A DNA stretch of 32,000 nucleotides. Source: Wolbachia endosymbiont strain TRS of Brugia malayi (GTDB taxonomy: Bacteria > Pseudomonadota > Alphaproteobacteria > Rickettsiales > Anaplasmataceae). Below, one piece after another: positions 29,849 through 32,000 of the stretch (the stretch's first letter is position 1; every line of letters starts with the position of its first letter). The notes beneath the pieces were generated by a model. That model searched no databases. It was not told the DNA's origin and saw only the letters and a list, made by a program, of their open reading frames with translations. The DNA lies in the NCBI RefSeq assembly GCF_000008385.1, contig NC_006833.1, forward strand, positions 630,001 to 662,000. Reading direction: 5' to 3'. The position numbers were made by a program, and so were the translations under genes.

Positions 29849-30160
29849 TTTTACTGTTAATGTCTAAAGCGGTTTCTTTTATCTCCTTTATTCTCTTACC
29901 TCCTAATATTTTTAATTTCTCATCTTATCTGTAATAATTTCTCCTTATAATGCATAGTTCATCTGTAGAATTGTGATTCAATTTAGGGTAATATTCACAG
30001 TTGCAGTTTTCTTCGACACACTCGGCATCTGTAGGTAATGCTAATAGTAAAATATAAGTGCAAAGCTTTTCACACTGAATATTTAAGACTAATTGCGTTA
30101 TAAACCTATTAATAGTAAAGGAGAAGAACTTATCAATTTTCTGTCTTTTGGAGTATATAT

Positions 30161-30538
30161 CTATTTAATTATATTTCGTATTAGAAAACATCCTATTAGT
30201 GGAATTACAAGTGGAATGAGCCATAAAATGTAAGTACTAAATTTTACAGGTGGGACAATTATAATTGAATCTCCATAAGAATTTCTTAGCTCTGAAGTTA
30301 TTTGCTCGTCAGTATATCCATCACTGATTTTTTCACGAATCATTTTGCGCATATTATATGCAACTTGGGACCCGGACTCAGATAACGACTCACCAGAACA
30401 TATTGGACATTTTATCATTTCAAATAAATTAGTTGCTCGTTTTTCCATATTTTTGTCTCTGAGTTTGTCATCCAAAGTAAAAGCATTTGCGCTTGAGTAG
30501 AATATCAATATGAAAAGTAAACTAATTAATATTTTCAT
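30161..30538 (-). CDS. ccmH: Cytochrome c-type biogenesis protein CcmH
   Basis: Signal peptide, NLFEMIKCPICSGESLSESGSQVAYNMRKMIREKISDGYTDEQI (CcmH CPxC motif), C-terminal TM helix. Confidence 0.93.
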   Translation of the reverse strand: MKILISLLFILIFYSSANAFTLDDKLRDKNMEKRATNLFEMIKCPICSGESLSESGSQVAYNMRKMIREKISDGYTDEQITSELRNSYGDSIIIVPPVKFSTYILWLIPLVIPLIGCFLIRNIIK

Positions 30539-31571
30539 TCTTGGTTAGTTTGGTGATTTTACTTAGTTGGTTCATAAAATCAGTGGTGGATAACTTCCCA
30601 ATAAAACTTGACCCTAAGTTATCATCATATTTTATTGAAAATTGAATGCTGTCATCAGTTGTTTTTTCTGATAAGGAAGATATTAGTTTTTCAAACGCAT
30701 CTGAAGTTTTTGAGTGATTTTTCTCACCAGCCAAAAGCAAGATTAATTCTTTATAATTGGATACGGCCACATTAACCTTGTTTGTGAATGAAGAGGTAAT
30801 CAAGTTGTAATTTTGCACTCCACCATCTGCGGTAAGAGAAAAGTTATCACTCTGAATTAAAAATCTTTCTATATTGAAATTAACTCTGGAAGCTGAGATA
30901 TGACTTATAAACTCATAATCTAATTTAGTATCAATACTAAGATAATGTTCAGGACTTGCAACATTCTTGTATCGGTAGGTATAAAAATCAAATCCTAGCT
31001 TAGTGTTTCCGCTAGGTTCTTTATTGAAATGAAATTGAATGTAGTTACTTTTACCACCTGCTTCAGTTATAACACTTTGTTGATTTCCTGAAACATTGCA
31101 TTTTAATCCATAATCTTCGTAACGAAGTATGTTTACATAGTCTATCATGGTACTATTTTTAGTAAATCGCAACGAAGATGGTAAGTCGTTTAGCTTGATA
31201 ACAAAATGGTTGTTATTACTTGTGTAGCATTTTATATTCTTTTTCTCATCATCATGAGTAGTAATATTGACTTCATTGCTTGGTATATAGATGTACACCG
31301 ATTTATCGAATAACCTGTTTTTTATCAGCAAAGCTTCAGACGAAATAGTTAACTGCTCGTTAGAAAATTTTGGGTTTGTCATGTGGAAAGTTAGGCTAGA
31401 AGGAAATCCGCTGAAGTCATAGGAAACATCGAATTTTTCATCGTTAGTATATAATATTGTTTCAGCTAAAAGATTTTTTGTCTTCCATACAGAAAAATAC
31501 CAAAAACCACTGTAAGCTATGGGGACAAACAGAAATAAAGAAATTATTGTATAGATGAAAACCTTACGCAT
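30522..31571 (-). CDS. DUF2125-like membrane-anchored protein
   Basis: N-terminal TM helix, then WKTKNLLAETILYTNDEKFDVSYDFSGFPSSLTFHMTNPKF; overlaps ccmH by 17 nt. Confidence 0.75.
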   Translation of the reverse strand: MRKVFIYTIISLFLFVPIAYSGFWYFSVWKTKNLLAETILYTNDEKFDVSYDFSGFPSSLTFHMTNPKFSNEQLTISSEALLIKNRLFDKSVYIYIPSNEVNITTHDDEKKNIKCYTSNNNHFVIKLNDLPSSLRFTKNSTMIDYVNILRYEDYGLKCNVSGNQQSVITEAGGKSNYIQFHFNKEPSGNTKLGFDFYTYRYKNVASPEHYLSIDTKLDYEFISHISASRVNFNIERFLIQSDNFSLTADGGVQNYNLITSSFTNKVNVAVSNYKELILLLAGEKNHSKTSDAFEKLISSLSEKTTDDSIQFSIKYDDNLGSSFIGKLSTTDFMNQLSKITKLTKNENIN

Positions 31572-31574
31572 AAC

Positions 31575-31934
31575 TTAATCGTTCCCTTGTTTATCCAGTG
31601 ATATATTTCTTGTACCCTTTGGTATGGTTACACATAAACCATCGATGTCTTTTGTAATTTTTATTTGGCATCCAAGCCTTGACGTCTCTGTTAAGCTAAA
31701 AGCTAGATCTAGCATATCATTTTCTTCATCAGATATAGGATTATGTGTTTCTACAGCATCATAAAAATTTTGATCAATAATTACATGACATGTAGAACAG
31801 GCAAGAGAGCCTTCGCATGCACCTTCAAGCAGATCAGGGTCACTTCTGTGAGCTAAATTAAGTAGAGTTTCCCCCTCTGCAGCTTCATAGCTTTTCTTAC
31901 TTCCATCAGGTAAAATAAAAGTGACAGATGGCAT
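31575..31934 (-). CDS. fdx: 2Fe-2S ferredoxin, adrenodoxin type
   Basis: MPSVTFILPDGSKKSYEAAEGETLLNLAHR...CEGSLACSTCHVIID...EENDMLDLAFSLTETSRLGCQIKI. Confidence 0.95.
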   Translation of the reverse strand: MPSVTFILPDGSKKSYEAAEGETLLNLAHRSDPDLLEGACEGSLACSTCHVIIDQNFYDAVETHNPISDEENDMLDLAFSLTETSRLGCQIKITKDIDGLCVTIPKGTRNISLDKQGND

Positions 31935-32000
31935 ATTACCTTCCTATTAAGATCCTTACTAATTTTCCTATATCTTACAGGTAATAACTAGTATTTGCAA

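Overview
AT-rich 32 kb window from a Wolbachia-type genome (Anaplasmataceae, Rickettsiales), mostly conserved housekeeping genes in short operons separated by decayed DNA. Intact or probably intact genes: a partial LolC/E-type ABC permease, a 421-aa lineage-specific protein, sdhD-sdhC, an isolated 16S rRNA, a YfgM/TPR-like protein, an Smr-domain protein, a TrmH/RlmB methyltransferase, a BI-1/YccA protein, ctaG (Cox11), bolA-metC-murE, dnaK, an RNase E/G family gene, rpmG, an orphan XRE regulator, dnaE, rpsF-rpsR-rplI, purB, tRNA-Met, fumC and fdx-DUF2125-ccmH. Pseudogenes: a mannose-1-phosphate guanylyltransferase, comF and an ankyrin-repeat gene. I found no convincing new defence or toxin system. 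The best signals are: (1) a 16-nt perfect complementarity between the 16S leader and trailer, a likely precursor-processing stem, with a strong sigma70-like promoter upstream and sdhCD immediately downstream; (2) ribosomal protein S6 split by an insertion of about 140 aa; (3) a Wolbachia palindromic element apparently translated in frame near the MurE N-terminus, with related copies in intergenic DNA; (4) a degenerate dispersed repeat of about 200 bp in three gene-poor gaps; (5) metC-murE gene overlap, consistent with a peptidoglycan/lipid II role for MetC; (6) an orphan antitoxin-like XRE gene behind rpmG.
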